A stretch of 64,000 nucleotides of DNA from an uncultured delta proteobacterium (GCA_963822965.1 CAWGJT010000005.1:1856001-1920000); one strand, 5' to 3'; numbered from the stretch's first letter, positions 48,669-61,319 are shown. The notes: generated from the sequence alone by a model not told the origin. Made by a program: numbers and translations.

Positions 48669-49807
48669 GTGGATCTCCTTTTGGACCGCTGCCGCGATCG
48701 GGGCCGGGGAGCATACGCGGCGGCACGCGGAATGGCTTGCCATTCCGCGACACCGGGAGGCGCCGACCGCCAGCGGTTCGGGGCGGTTCCCGTCCAGCGG
48801 CGGAAGGCGCGGGTGAAGGCGCTCGCATCCGCATAAGCGAGGATCGCCGCCACCTCGGTGAGGGGGATGCGGGTGTTCTCCACGAGCTGGCGGGCGATCT
48901 CGAACCGGGTCTCCTCCACCAGCCGGTGGAGGGTCGTGCCACGCGCCCGGAGCCGACGGTTCAGGGTGCGTCGGTGCATGGAGGTGCGGCTCGCCACCTC
49001 GGCCACCGAGCCCTTTCCCGAGAGGAGCATGGTGCGCAGCATCCGGCGCAGGCCCGCCACCAGGTCGTCGGGCATGGCGGACTCGGCCAGGGCGACGCGC
49101 CCCACAAGCCTGCGGAAGACCTCCGGGTCGGCGCCCCGGGTCGGCCGCTCGAGATCCCGCGACGGAAACACGAGAGCCGTGCGCGCCGCGTCGAACCGCA
49201 GGGGAGCGCCGAACACCTGGCGAAAGGGACGCAGATCCGACGGGCTGCTGTGCGCGAACCGCACCTCGACGGGGCGCCAGGCCGCCCCGCACAGCTCCCG
49301 CAACACGTTCGTCACGATCGCCATGGCGCCGTCACAGATCTGGTCGCACGCCTCGACCCCGGGCTGATACACCTCGTAGCCGAACGTCGCCGTGCCGCCC
49401 GCGACGACCAGCGGTGCCACGGCCCCGCGATCCCGCAGGTGCAGGTGCGCGGTGAGGTTTCCGAGGGCGGTGCCGACGTCCGGGGAGTGCCGGGTGAGCA
49501 GGCCGACGAGGCCCAGCGAGCTGGAGCCGGCCCGCTCGCCGACTCGGAGTCCGATGTGGCGGCAGCCGCTCCGGGCCACGGCGAGCGCCAGCAAGCGTCC
49601 GAGGCTGACGGCCGAGATCTCGCCTTCGGGATCGTCGAAAACCCGCCGGTCGAGGCCACTCGCCGCGATCGTCGCGTCGGAATCCAGCCCCACCTCCCGC
49701 AGCACCGCAGGCAGGTGCGCGATGGCGTCGACCCGGACGGTGCCTTCGGCCGCCGGCCAGGGGGACTCGAGTCGCGTCCGGCGGATCGGTTGGGAGGCTT
49801 CAGCCAT
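48665..49807 (-). CDS. AraC family transcriptional regulator
   Basis: RTLNRRL, EVAAILAYADASAFTRAFRRWTG. Confidence 0.9.
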   Translation of the reverse strand: MAEASQPIRRTRLESPWPAAEGTVRVDAIAHLPAVLREVGLDSDATIAASGLDRRVFDDPEGEISAVSLGRLLALAVARSGCRHIGLRVGERAGSSSLGLVGLLTRHSPDVGTALGNLTAHLHLRDRGAVAPLVVAGGTATFGYEVYQPGVEACDQICDGAMAIVTNVLRELCGAAWRPVEVRFAHSSPSDLRPFRQVFGAPLRFDAARTALVFPSRDLERPTRGADPEVFRRLVGRVALAESAMPDDLVAGLRRMLRTMLLSGKGSVAEVASRTSMHRRTLNRRLRARGTTLHRLVEETRFEIARQLVENTRIPLTEVAAILAYADASAFTRAFRRWTGTAPNRWRSAPPGVAEWQAIPRAAAYAPRPRSRQRSKRRST

Positions 49808-49925
49808 GGTCGTTCCCTTCGGTCGCCATTCTCGTCGAGGCGTCGCAAACTGACAAGCGCAGCCCGGCGCCATTCCGGATCATCCGCCGCGCCGAGCACG
49901 AAGAGACCCCCAAAGGAGAATCGGC

Positions 49926-50270
49926 ATGTCCCGACGAACGAAGGTTGCTGCGGTCGTCGCCGCGGCCGCGCTGGCGGCGACCGCGTGTCTCACCCAGCAG
50001 CAGCTCCTCGACGACAACCAGGCGATGGCGATGCAGACCGCGGTGAACCGCGGGAAGTTCGAGATGAACTGCCAGGACGCCACCGGCATCGTGATCTCGC
50101 GCGAGGTCGTCCAGCCCGCCCTGAACGGCCCGTTCGTCGAGGGCGTCCAGCGGGCCGAGTACACGATCGGCGTCAGTGGCTGCGGGGATCGCAAGACGTT
50201 CGTGGTGATCTGTCCGGAAGGCGGAGGAGGCTGCTTCGCCGCCGGTCCGGGCCCCTTCCACAACTACTGA
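49926..50270 (+). CDS. small Cys-containing lipoprotein
   Basis: Lipobox ATAC; AGGAG RBS. Confidence 0.75.
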   Translation: MSRRTKVAAVVAAAALAATACLTQQQLLDDNQAMAMQTAVNRGKFEMNCQDATGIVISREVVQPALNGPFVEGVQRAEYTIGVSGCGDRKTFVVICPEGGGGCFAAGPGPFHNY

Positions 50271-50350
50271 CCCCGGGCTTCGGCCGCGACTCGGCAAGGA
50301 CTTCGGCCGCGACGCGGTCCCCCGGCACCGCGTCGCGAGAGGACCATGGC

Positions 50351-50584
50351 ATGAGAAACGAGACGAGGAAGTCGATCCTGTGGGGTGGGCTGCTGACGCT
50401 AGGCGCGTTGGCGGTCTGGGCCTTCGCGTCCCACGCGCAGGTGATCGACACGGACGCCTGCCAGAAGTCGTGCTACGACGTCCACACCGATTGCGTCGAC
50501 TCGTGCAGCGACGGCGGCAACCCGATGGAGTGCGAGTCGAGCTGCGACGAGCAGCTCCAGGACTGCTTGTCGGACTGCAGCTGA
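50351..50584 (+). CDS. small secreted Cys-rich protein (8 Cys)
   Basis: Signal peptide ending ASHA, then Cx3Cx6Cx3C twice. Confidence 0.7.
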   Translation: MRNETRKSILWGGLLTLGALAVWAFASHAQVIDTDACQKSCYDVHTDCVDSCSDGGNPMECESSCDEQLQDCLSDCS

Positions 50585-50604
50585 ACGCCGGGGGAGGGCG
50601 CGCC

Positions 50605-51303
50605 TCAGCGCTTGCGCCCCAGCTCCCCCAGCAGCTCGAGCTGGATCTCCTGGATCTCCACCAGCCGCGCCCACTGGTGCGAGAGCAGGTGGTCGAGCTT
50701 CTCGTGCAGGTGCCGGATCTCGAGCTCGGCCTTCAGGTTCACCTGGTAGTCGTGCTGCGAACGCAGCCGGTCCTTCGCCTCCTGCCGGTTCTGGCTCATC
50801 ATGATGACCGGCGCCTGGATCGCCGCGACGCACGAGAGCACCAGGTTCAGCAGGATGAACGGATAAGGATCGACCGGGCGCCACAGCAGCACGCCTGCGT
50901 TGGCGGCGATCCACAGCACCAGGAAGACACCGAAGCAGATCAGGAAGGTCCAGCTACCGCCGAAGGTGGCGATGTGATCGGCCAGGCGCTCGCCCAGGGT
51001 CCAGTCGCGCTCGAACTCGAGATCCACGTTCTCCGAAAGCAGCTCGTGCTCGCGCAGGCTGTCCACCACCTCCTGCTCGAGGCTCGTCAGCTCGCCCCGC
51101 TCGGACTCGAGCAGCGAGTGCACGTAGCGCCCCCGGTAGCGGGCCAGGTCCTCCTGACAGACGAACCCCTCCCCGGACCACTCCGGGTGCTCCCCGCGGA
51201 TCGTGTCCGCCAGCGCGGGCCGCAGCACCTCGCCCGAAACCAGCTGCCTCCGCGGAAGGCTCCGGCCGCAGATCGAACAGACAGTGTGATCGTTCCTGCT
51301 CAT
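50605..51303 (-). CDS. DUF1003 membrane protein
   Basis: FGGSWTF, DPYPFILLNLVLS, QAPVIMMSQNRQ. Confidence 0.92.
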   Translation of the reverse strand: MSRNDHTVCSICGRSLPRRQLVSGEVLRPALADTIRGEHPEWSGEGFVCQEDLARYRGRYVHSLLESERGELTSLEQEVVDSLREHELLSENVDLEFERDWTLGERLADHIATFGGSWTFLICFGVFLVLWIAANAGVLLWRPVDPYPFILLNLVLSCVAAIQAPVIMMSQNRQEAKDRLRSQHDYQVNLKAELEIRHLHEKLDHLLSHQWARLVEIQEIQLELLGELGRKR

Positions 51304-51400
51304 GCCGTGCATCCTCTCGTCGATCGGGATGCGGCGACCGCCGGGCGCCTACCGGCGACGAGCCACCGCAATCGCGGCCGTGGAATCCTGACGCCAGAGC

Positions 51401-51449
51401 TGGTGGGCCCTCCTGGGCTCGAACCAGGGACCATCCGGTCGTGAGCCGG
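51401..51449 (-). repeat. copy of the 3' half of tRNA-Ile2 (att-like site)
   Basis: 51402-51449 matches 54308-54355 with 3 mismatches and ends in CCA. Confidence 0.85.
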
Positions 51450-51690
51450 GGACCGGGTCTCGATCCCTCCGGAACCGTTGGAGCTCCCGACCCCGAGTGT
51501 GCCGCACCGTGGATGAGTTCGCGGGTGCGGAGTGAGCGCCTCACTCTCCCGGAGCTACCCTCTTCCGGCTCGGCGGTGCTCGGGCCTTCGGATCCCGGTG
51601 GACGGCCGGGGGGGGCACCCGGGGGCCGGCTTGCAGCTCGCGGCGGAGGGGCGTTTCATAGAGGCCTGTTCTTCGCCAGGAGATCCCAAG

Positions 51691-52674
51691 ATGAACGAAG
51701 CGATCCAGACGACGACCGGAACGGCGACGCCGGAGGAGCTCGGTCCCACGCTGATCCACGAGCACGTCCTGGTGGGGTACCCGGGCTGGGAGCTCGACGC
51801 CAAGGCGCCGCCCTTCCGACGCGACGACGCCATGGCGCGCGCCATGGACCAGATGCAGGAGCTCCAGGACCTGGGTGTCGGCACCTTCGTCGACCCCTGC
51901 CCGATGGATCTCGGCCGCGACGTCGAGTTCCTGGCCGAGCTCTCGCAGAAGAGCGGCATGCGCATCGTGTGCACCACCGGTGCCTACTTCGAGGCCGAGG
52001 GCAACACCTTCACGTTCCGCCAGCTTCCGGTGGAGGAGATCACCGAGATCTACGTGAAGGAGATCGAGGAGGGCGTGGGCGAGACCGGCATCAAGGCCGG
52101 GGCGGTCAAGATCGCGACCGGCTCGCGCATCGTCAGCGACTACGAGCGCAAGCTGGTGACGGCGGGCGCCCGGGCGGCGCGGGAGACGGGCGTCCCGATC
52201 ATCTCGCACACCCAGGACGCCTCCTGCGGTCACGACCAGATCGACATCGTGACCGGGGAGGGTCTCTCGCCGGATCGCCTGCTGGTCGGCCACTCCGACG
52301 GGACGGAGGACCACTGGTACCAGCGCTCCCTCGCCGAGCGCGGCGCCTACGTCGGCTTCGACCGCTTCGGCATCTCGCTGTTCCAGCCCGACGAGGTGCG
52401 CATCCGCAACGTGCTGAAGCTCGCCGGCGCCGGCCACCTGGAGCGCATCCTGGTCTCCCACGACTCGATCGGGTGCTGGCTCGGGCGGCCGCTGCCGTTC
52501 GCGAACTCCTTCGAGGAGCTCCTGGCGGCGCTGCCGAAGTGGCGCTCGACCTACATCTTCCGGGAGGTGGTTCCGAAGCTGCTCGAGGGCGGCCTCAGCC
52601 AGGCCGATGTCGACACCATTCTGGTGGAGAACCCGCGCCGGCTGTTCGCTGCAGGTCTCGAGAAGGGCGCCTGA
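51691..52674 (+). CDS. phosphotriesterase-like amidohydrolase
   Basis: TLIHEH, DLGRDV, VKIAT, SHT, VGH, FDRFG, VSHD. Confidence 0.9.
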   Translation: MNEAIQTTTGTATPEELGPTLIHEHVLVGYPGWELDAKAPPFRRDDAMARAMDQMQELQDLGVGTFVDPCPMDLGRDVEFLAELSQKSGMRIVCTTGAYFEAEGNTFTFRQLPVEEITEIYVKEIEEGVGETGIKAGAVKIATGSRIVSDYERKLVTAGARAARETGVPIISHTQDASCGHDQIDIVTGEGLSPDRLLVGHSDGTEDHWYQRSLAERGAYVGFDRFGISLFQPDEVRIRNVLKLAGAGHLERILVSHDSIGCWLGRPLPFANSFEELLAALPKWRSTYIFREVVPKLLEGGLSQADVDTILVENPRRLFAAGLEKGA

Positions 52675-52676
52675 GC

Positions 52677-54257
52677 GTGGCCCCGCCGCGCGTCTCCTTC
52701 GGCTACGACCACCTGCTGCGGCGGCTGGGCGGCCCGAGCTACCTGGAGCGCGATCGCACGGCGTTGGTGTTCCGCGACCAGCGCCTGTCCTACGGGGAGC
52801 TGCACGACCGGGCGGCGCGCCTGGCGGACGCACTCGCGGGCGACGGCGTGGCGAAGGGGGACCGCGTCGCGATCCTGCTCAAGAACGACCCGGCCTGGCT
52901 CGACGTGTTCTTCGCCGTGGCGTCCCTGGGTGCCGTGCTGGTGCCGATCAACTACCTGCTGCGCGCGAAGGAGGTCGCCTTCGTGCTGGGCGACTCGGGG
53001 GCCACCACGCTGGTGGCCGGCGACGACCTGGCGGAGGTGGCGAGCGCGGCCCTGGCCGAGTCGCCCGCTTGCCGCCGCACGCTGGTCGTGGAGAACGCCG
53101 GCGGCGAGGCCGGGCCTGGGGCGGGCGCCTTGGCCGGCGCGCGCGGGCTCTCGGCCTTCGCGGCGGGGGGCGAGCTTCGCTGGCCGCAGGTCGAGCTGTC
53201 CCTCGACGATCCGAACCTGCTCCAGTACACGAGCGGCACCACCGGCTTCCCGAAAGGCGCCACCCACACCGTGTCGACGCTGCTCTGGAACTCGTTCCAC
53301 CAGATCGGCGACTTCCAGGTGACGGAGCGAGAGCGCTACCTGTGCGTGCCCGCGCTGTGCTGGGCCGCCGGGATGCACGACTTCACCCTGGCCACGCTGT
53401 GGGTGGGCGGGACGGTCGTGCTCAACCCGAGCGGCGGCGTCACGATGGAGGGCCTGCTCCAGGTGATCCAGGCCGAGCGCATCACCAAGGTGCTGCTCGT
53501 CCCCACCATCCTGAAGCAGCTGGTCGAGTTTCCCGATCTGAAGCGCTTCGACCTGAGCTCGCTCGAGGCCGTGCTCACCGGCGCGGAGCCCGTGCCCGTG
53601 CCCGTCATCCGGCGCTTCAACGAGGTGCTGCCCGAGACCACGCTGATCCAGGGCTACGGCATGTCCGAAGGGCCGACCATCGCGACCTATCTGCGCGCCG
53701 AGCACGCCCTCCGCAAGGTCGGCTCCTGCGGCAAGCCAGTCACCAACTGCGAGCTGCGGGTCGTGGACGACCAGGACCGTGACCTGCCCCCGGGCGAGAC
53801 GGGCGAGGTGCTGACGCGCAGCCCCGCCACGATGGTGGGCTACTGGAACCGCGAGGATGCGACGGCCGATGCGCTGCGAGGCGGCTGGATGCACACCGGC
53901 GACCTGGGGACGCTCGACGAGGAGGGCTTCCTCACCATCAGCGGCCGCAAGAAGGACATGTTCATCTCGGGCGGGCTCAACGTCTACCCGGCGGAGATCG
54001 AGTCCGTGCTGCTCGACGTGCCCGGCGTCGCCGAGTGCGCGGTGTTCGGCGCGCCCGACGACCGCTGGGGCGAGACCGGCCACGCGGTGGTGGTCGCGAA
54101 GCCCGGCGCCGCGCTCGAAGCGGACGCGCTGCGCGAACGCTGCCGCGAGGCCCTGGCAAGCTATAAGGTGCCGGCCCACATCGAGATCCGGACGGAGCCG
54201 CTGCCCCGCACCGCGTCGGGCAAGGTGCAGAAGTTCAAGCTGCGCGAGGAGCGCTGA
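52677..54257 (+). CDS. acyl-CoA synthetase (AMP-forming)
   Basis: YTSGTTGFPKG, QGYGMSE, HTGDLG, RTASGKVQK. Confidence 0.92.
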   Translation: MAPPRVSFGYDHLLRRLGGPSYLERDRTALVFRDQRLSYGELHDRAARLADALAGDGVAKGDRVAILLKNDPAWLDVFFAVASLGAVLVPINYLLRAKEVAFVLGDSGATTLVAGDDLAEVASAALAESPACRRTLVVENAGGEAGPGAGALAGARGLSAFAAGGELRWPQVELSLDDPNLLQYTSGTTGFPKGATHTVSTLLWNSFHQIGDFQVTERERYLCVPALCWAAGMHDFTLATLWVGGTVVLNPSGGVTMEGLLQVIQAERITKVLLVPTILKQLVEFPDLKRFDLSSLEAVLTGAEPVPVPVIRRFNEVLPETTLIQGYGMSEGPTIATYLRAEHALRKVGSCGKPVTNCELRVVDDQDRDLPPGETGEVLTRSPATMVGYWNREDATADALRGGWMHTGDLGTLDEEGFLTISGRKKDMFISGGLNVYPAEIESVLLDVPGVAECAVFGAPDDRWGETGHAVVVAKPGAALEADALRERCREALASYKVPAHIEIRTEPLPRTASGKVQKFKLREER

Positions 54258-54309
54258 GCGGCACCGAGCCGGAACGCTGGGAAGTCCCGGGTACCCATGG
54301 CAAGGACGG

Positions 54310-54382
54310 TGGGCCCTCCTGGGTTCGAACCAGGGACCATCCGGTTATGAGCCGGTTGCTCTAACCCCTGAGCTAAGGGCCC
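54310..54382 (-). tRNA. tRNA-Ile2 (CAU, lysidine type); full CCA not encoded
   Basis: GGGCCCTTAGCTCAG..GGTTAGAGCA..CCGG-CTCATAA-CCGG..GGTTCGAACCC..AGGGCCCA cloverleaf; TAGGAT -10-like box upstream. Confidence 0.9.
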
Positions 54383-54709
54383 GCCGGGGGAATCCTAGCC
54401 CTGATCCGTGGTGCGGATCAGGGCGCAACTCCCAATGCCGGCCGAGTCGCTACGTCTTGCTCGGTCCGTGCCGCGATCCGGGCCCGACGCCCGGACCTCA
54501 TGGGAATGAGGTCGTCGCGCTCAGGCTGGCTCCGCCTTTCTCACACGACCCGCGAGGGCTGGCAGGGTCTGCGGCACGCAGGAAGCACACTGAATGACGC
54601 ATTGGGGCGAGCAGGCCGTCGAGGCGCCGATCCCGCCTCGGAAGACGGCGCCTTCGTGACGCTCCGGCGCAGCGAGAGCCCTCCGGCGGGCTCCGGTATC
54701 GTCCCGGCC

Positions 54710-55879
54710 GTGCCGGCTCGTCTCGCGCTCCTGATCGTTTCGCTCGGGCTCTGCGTCGCGCTCGCCGAGGTCGCGCTGCGCGTTCTCACGCCGCTTCCGA
54801 TCCACGAGCTCTCGAACCGACGGCCGAACCCGGTGCTCGGGTACGTGCTGTCGAGCTCACTGCCCGACGTGGATGCGCGCGGCTTCCGCGACGGCGGGCG
54901 GACGCGGCTCGAGGACGCGGAGATCGTCGTGGTGGGGGACTCGCACGCGTACGGGGTGAACGTCTCGTCCGAGGCGAGCTTTCCGGCGGTGCTCGAGCGC
55001 AGGACCGGCCGGCCCGTCTACAACATGGGCGTCGGAAGCTACGGCATCTACCAGTACATGATGCTGCTCGAGCAGCTGACGAGCTTCGCGAACGTGCGCG
55101 ACGTGGTGCTGGCCCTGTATCTCGCGAACGATCTCGCCGCGCACTGTCCGATGACCGGGGAGCCCGCGTGGAAGTCGCTGGCGCGGCAGCGCGGGCTCGA
55201 GACGCCGCCGTGCCAGCCCGGGGAGGCCTTCAGCGAGATGATCCAGCGACCGCGCAGCCTGCGCGAACGCAGCGCGCTGCTCGACGCGGCCTGGACGCTC
55301 TTCGAGCGCTTCGCGTCGCCCGCCGAGCCGGCCTTCGAGCTGGCAGACGACCAGCGGGTCGCCATTCGTCGATCCCGCAAGCACCAGCTGGCCACGTCCC
55401 TCGCCAACGATCGCGTGGCCCTCAACCATCTCAACTCGCTGGGCATCCTGAAGCGCGCCCAGCGGCAGCTGCGGGCGGCGGGCATCCGCTTCTCGGTGCT
55501 GCTCGTGCCCTCGCACGAGGAGGTGCTGGTGGCGTGGAGCCATGCGCGGGGAGAGCCGGTGCCCGACGAGCTGGACGCCATCGTGGCCACCGAGCTCGCG
55601 ATGAAGCGACGCTACCAGGCGTTCCTCGACGGCTCGGGCATTCCGTACGAGGACGCCCTGCCCGCCATGGTGGCGGCGCTGGACGAAGAGGTCCGGGCCG
55701 GACGGGAGCTGTATCCCGGCGCCGACGACCATCCGCTGGAACGCGGTTATGTCGCCTACGCGGAGGCCGCGGAGGCGCTGCTCGCGCGCGCGGACGCGCA
55801 GGACCCGCACGCCGAGCGCCCGAGCCAGTCCGCCGGCGGCGCGGCCCGCGCGAAGCCCGCGCCGCTTGTGGCGAAATGA
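54710..55879 (+). CDS. SGNH/GDSL hydrolase-like membrane-anchored protein
   Basis: GDSHAYG, NMGVGSYG, ANDL, DDHP. Confidence 0.8.
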   Translation: MPARLALLIVSLGLCVALAEVALRVLTPLPIHELSNRRPNPVLGYVLSSSLPDVDARGFRDGGRTRLEDAEIVVVGDSHAYGVNVSSEASFPAVLERRTGRPVYNMGVGSYGIYQYMMLLEQLTSFANVRDVVLALYLANDLAAHCPMTGEPAWKSLARQRGLETPPCQPGEAFSEMIQRPRSLRERSALLDAAWTLFERFASPAEPAFELADDQRVAIRRSRKHQLATSLANDRVALNHLNSLGILKRAQRQLRAAGIRFSVLLVPSHEEVLVAWSHARGEPVPDELDAIVATELAMKRRYQAFLDGSGIPYEDALPAMVAALDEEVRAGRELYPGADDHPLERGYVAYAEAAEALLARADAQDPHAERPSQSAGGAARAKPAPLVAK

Positions 55880-55901
55880 CGGAGCTGGCACCATCCGTCG
55901 G

Positions 55902-57281
55902 ATGCCGAACGCGCCCGCCTCGCCCCCCGGAGCCAGCAAGCCCCACCCCACCCACTGCGTGGCGGTGATCGGGGGCGCCACCGCGGGCGCCGAGGTGGCG
56001 GGACGCCTGGCGGAGCTCGGCTGCGTGGTGGTGGTCTTCGAGCAGAACCCGCGCCCCTACGGAAAGATCGAGGACGGCCTGCCCTCGTGGCACATCGCGC
56101 TCCGCAGGAAGGAGTACGAGAACATCGAGAGCAAGCTCACCCGGCCGGGGGTGCACTTCGTGCCCGAGACGAAGATCGGCCGCGACATCGACTTCCTCGA
56201 GCTGCTGAACGAGTGGGGCTTCTCGGCCGTGGTGCTGGCCAACGGCGCCTGGTGGGACCGCCCGCTCCCCGTGGAGGGCGCCGACGCCTACATCGGCAAG
56301 GGGCTCGTCTACCAGAATCCGTTCGTCATCTCCTTCAACCACCAGGACGACCCCCACTTCCAGGGAGAGCGCTTCGACATCCCCGACGGCTGCCTGGTGG
56401 TGGGCGGCGGCCTCGCTTCCATCGACGTGGCGAAGATCCTGATGCTCGAGAACGTGAAGCGTGCGCTCGCCGAGCGCGGCATCGAGACGAGCGTCCACGA
56501 GCTGGAGGTGAAGGGCATTCCGAAGATCCTGGAGGGCCACGGGCTCCGGTACGACGACCTGGGGCTGCAGGGCTGCACGATCTTCTACCGACGCCGCGTG
56601 CAGGACATGCCGCTGATGGAGGCGCCCGAGGGCGCCGACGCGAGCCGCCTGGAGAAGGTGCAGAAGGGGCGCGAGCGCATGCTCGCCAAGGCCCAGGAGA
56701 AGTACTGCTTCCAGCTGGAGCCGCTCGCCGCCCCGGACGGCCTCGTCGTGGAGGACGGCCGCCTGGTGGGCCTGCGCTTCCGGCGCACGAAGATCGAGAA
56801 CGGCCGGGTCGTTCCCACCGACGAGACCTTCGAGCGCCGGGGCACCTGGGTGATCTCGTCCATCGGCAGCATTCCCGAGCCCATCGTGGGCATCCCCATG
56901 AAGGGCGAGCTCTTCGACTTCGAGGACTGGGACACCGGCCGCATCGCGGGCTTCCCGATCCTGTTCTCGGTGGGCAACGTGGTGACCGGCAAGGGCAACA
57001 TCGTGGCCTCGCGCAAGCACGCCGCCCACGTCTTCGAGGACGCCATCGAGAGCTTCCTCGGCCTGGCGGAAGAGGAAGGCCGACACGGAGAGGCCCGGGC
57101 GGAGAGTCGTGCCGGCCAGAAGGCACGCGCCACCGCCGAGCACATCCACGCCCAGCTCGGCGTGCCGCCCAGCGCCGAGACCATCGCGTCGATCCTCGAG
57201 CGCGTGAAGGACCGCCAGCGCGCCGTCGGCTATCCCGGCGACTACAAGGCCTGGATCGAGAAGGTAGGCCCCGCCGCGTAG
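55902..57281 (+). CDS. FAD-dependent oxidoreductase (ferredoxin-NADP reductase-like)
   Basis: VAVIGGATAG, PYGKIEDG, VVGGGLASIDVA, YRRR. Confidence 0.8.
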   Translation: MPNAPASPPGASKPHPTHCVAVIGGATAGAEVAGRLAELGCVVVVFEQNPRPYGKIEDGLPSWHIALRRKEYENIESKLTRPGVHFVPETKIGRDIDFLELLNEWGFSAVVLANGAWWDRPLPVEGADAYIGKGLVYQNPFVISFNHQDDPHFQGERFDIPDGCLVVGGGLASIDVAKILMLENVKRALAERGIETSVHELEVKGIPKILEGHGLRYDDLGLQGCTIFYRRRVQDMPLMEAPEGADASRLEKVQKGRERMLAKAQEKYCFQLEPLAAPDGLVVEDGRLVGLRFRRTKIENGRVVPTDETFERRGTWVISSIGSIPEPIVGIPMKGELFDFEDWDTGRIAGFPILFSVGNVVTGKGNIVASRKHAAHVFEDAIESFLGLAEEEGRHGEARAESRAGQKARATAEHIHAQLGVPPSAETIASILERVKDRQRAVGYPGDYKAWIEKVGPAA

Positions 57282-57282
57282 C

Positions 57283-57305
57283 CGGCGAATCCGAAGGATT
57301 CGCCG
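57283..57305. repeat. palindromic hairpin between convergent genes
   Basis: CGGCGAATCC-GAA-GGATTCGCCG. Confidence 0.55.
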
Positions 57306-57387
57306 AGCCGGGTGCCCGACCCGGACGCAAACGCTTCCAGAGTCGTCTCGACGCGCGGTGCCTTGCGACCCAGGCGACCCATGCGAC

Positions 57388-58470
57388 CTATCCGAGCAGG
57401 GTCGCCAGCTCCGGCACCTCGCCGGCCTGGGTCCAGCCCGGCATGCCGGTCCGCCACACCAGCGTGTCGGCGCGCAGGCGGCCGGTGGCGACGGCCTCCT
57501 GGAGCTGCGCGGGCGTGAAGGGCCCCACGGCCTCGCCGTTCTCGGCCAGGTGCCAGGTGGGCATGGGCGGCGGGGGCGGAGGGGCCTGGGGGGGCGGCGG
57601 AACGGGCGCGCTCTGCATGGACTGCATCATGGGGTTCGCCATCGCCATCCCCATGCCCACGCCGAGCCCCGCGCCGGCGAGACCACCCGCCGGGTTCGCG
57701 GCGGCCACCGGCATGGCGTGACCGATCTGGTAGGCCTGGTAGGCGCGCAGGTCGCCCACGATTCCCATCCCGGTCCGCACGTCGAGTGCGTTCTCCACCT
57801 CGGCGGGCAGCGAGATGTTCACGATATGGAGCTGCGGAATCTCGAGCCCGTACTCGTCGTCGACCATCTCGCCCACGGCGGCCCGCATGCGCTCGGAGAG
57901 GTGGCGATACGCGCGCGCCAGGTCGAGCACCGGAATCTCGGACTGGGAGACCACCTCGGCGAAGGCGTTGTTCACGATGGATCGCAGCAGCTCGGTGATC
58001 TCGTCCGCTTCGAACACCGAGTCGGTGCCGACGAGCTCGGAGAGCAGGATCTTCGGGTCGAGCGCTCGCAGCGTATAGGTGCCGAAGGCGCGGACGCGGA
58101 CCGGGCCGAAGTCCGAGTCGCGCATCATCACCGGGTTCGGCGTGCCCCACTTGAGGTCGGTGATGATCGTCGTGTTGACAAAGTAGACCTCGGCCTTGAA
58201 GGGGCTCTCGAAGCCGTACTTCCAGCCGAGCAGCGTCGACAGCACCGGCAGGTTCTTCGTCTCGAGGCGGTACATGCCCGGCTCGAAGACGTCCGCCAGC
58301 TTGCCGTTGCTGACCAGGATGGCCACCTGGCCGGGGCGCACGATCAGCTTGGCGCCGTTCTTGATCTGATTGTGGAAGCGCGGAAAACGCCAGACGATCG
58401 CGTGGTGGTTGTCGTCCACCCATTCGATGATGTCTACCAGTTCCGCGCGAAGCTTCTCGATCATGCCCAT
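57388..58470 (-). CDS. SPFH domain protein (YdjI-like) with C-terminal GYF_2/DUF4339
   Basis: [32 protein letters not shown]. Confidence 0.88.
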   Translation of the reverse strand: MGMIEKLRAELVDIIEWVDDNHHAIVWRFPRFHNQIKNGAKLIVRPGQVAILVSNGKLADVFEPGMYRLETKNLPVLSTLLGWKYGFESPFKAEVYFVNTTIITDLKWGTPNPVMMRDSDFGPVRVRAFGTYTLRALDPKILLSELVGTDSVFEADEITELLRSIVNNAFAEVVSQSEIPVLDLARAYRHLSERMRAAVGEMVDDEYGLEIPQLHIVNISLPAEVENALDVRTGMGIVGDLRAYQAYQIGHAMPVAAANPAGGLAGAGLGVGMGMAMANPMMQSMQSAPVPPPPQAPPPPPPMPTWHLAENGEAVGPFTPAQLQEAVATGRLRADTLVWRTGMPGWTQAGEVPELATLLG

Positions 58471-58519
58471 TGGAGGCTCTCCCTTCATACCCGCCCAGTT
58501 TTCCCGCGTCTCGCGACTG

Positions 58520-59404
58520 CTACTCCAGCAGTCCCTTCAAGACGCTCACGATCGTTTCCGCCAGGAAGCCCCCGCTGCTGCTCGAAGAGCGCGAAGACCG
58601 CGTCCACCCCGAGTCGCCGCCCGTCACGGCGGCCAGGCGGACGCTTCGCATGGCCTCGGCGGCCTGGCGGTCCGCGTCCTGCAGCATCGCCTCGGCGGAG
58701 GGGTTGCCCCCGGAGAGCACGAAGCCCGTGATCTGCTCGAGCTCGTCCGCGTCGAGCCAGGTGCCGTGCTTGCGGCAGGTGTCGATGATGACCCCCGAGC
58801 TCCTGCGGAAGTTGCGGCGCTGCATGAACGCGTCGCACTCGGGGCACTTCCGGTACTTCACGCCCTGGGACATGGGGTTGCCGCCCTTCACCCGGGGCTC
58901 CTGGGGCTGGTTGCTGCGCGGCTCGCCCCGCTTCTGGGCTTCAAGGGCCCGGTTGACGAGGAGATCGAGCCGGTTGCCCGGCGCCCAGATGCCGTTGCAG
59001 GAGCCGCACTCGTTGATGCCGATGCCTCCGATGCTCCGGGGCGGCATCAGGCAGGCGCACACCGGGCACGGAAGCTCGAAGCCGTCCACCTTGACGGTCT
59101 CGGGCGAGAAGGCGACGCCGCAGGCGGTGCAGAAGCGCGACACCTCGGCGTTGCGCCCGTAGCATTCGGGACAGATGAGCGAGAGCTTCTTGTCGTCGCG
59201 GACGATCTCGGAGCCGCAGTAGTCGCAGCCCGTGGCTTCCGCGCCCACCACCGCGCCGCACGAGCCGCAGCGGTGGATCTTCGCGTCCACGCCCTCGAGG
59301 TGGCGGTTCTCCACCGTCTCCCCGCACCGGCACGGGAAGCTCTCGGCGGCGACGTCCGTGACGTCGTACTGCGTGTGGCAGTTCGAGCAGGCAACCAGGC
59401 GCAC
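58520..59404 (-). CDS. multi zinc-ribbon protein (double ZnR plus zf-TFIIB)
   Basis: Many CxxC pairs; [18 protein letters not shown]. Confidence 0.8.
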   Translation of the reverse strand: MRLVACSNCHTQYDVTDVAAESFPCRCGETVENRHLEGVDAKIHRCGSCGAVVGAEATGCDYCGSEIVRDDKKLSLICPECYGRNAEVSRFCTACGVAFSPETVKVDGFELPCPVCACLMPPRSIGGIGINECGSCNGIWAPGNRLDLLVNRALEAQKRGEPRSNQPQEPRVKGGNPMSQGVKYRKCPECDAFMQRRNFRRSSGVIIDTCRKHGTWLDADELEQITGFVLSGGNPSAEAMLQDADRQAAEAMRSVRLAAVTGGDSGWTRSSRSSSSSGGFLAETIVSVLKGLLE

Positions 59405-59580
59405 GCGGCCCCTCCCATCCAGTCGCCACCCTGGATCGGATCAACCGTCCCCTGGCTTGAAGACGACGCGGACGCCCGCACGCACAAGCAGGCAGGCCGC
59501 AAGCGACCGGAAGCCGGTACGCAACCGCCCAGGCGTGGGAGGGATCGGGCTCGGTCGAGGAAGGGCTCGGGGACCCGGGC

Positions 59581-61293
<1,713 letters not shown>

Positions 61294-61319
61294 CGGGGGG
61301 GCTTTCCTCTCTGGAATCG

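Noticed and set aside
51401..51480. Second complete tRNA with CAC anticodon
   Set aside because: There is no D-arm or 5' acceptor strand; it is only a 3' fragment
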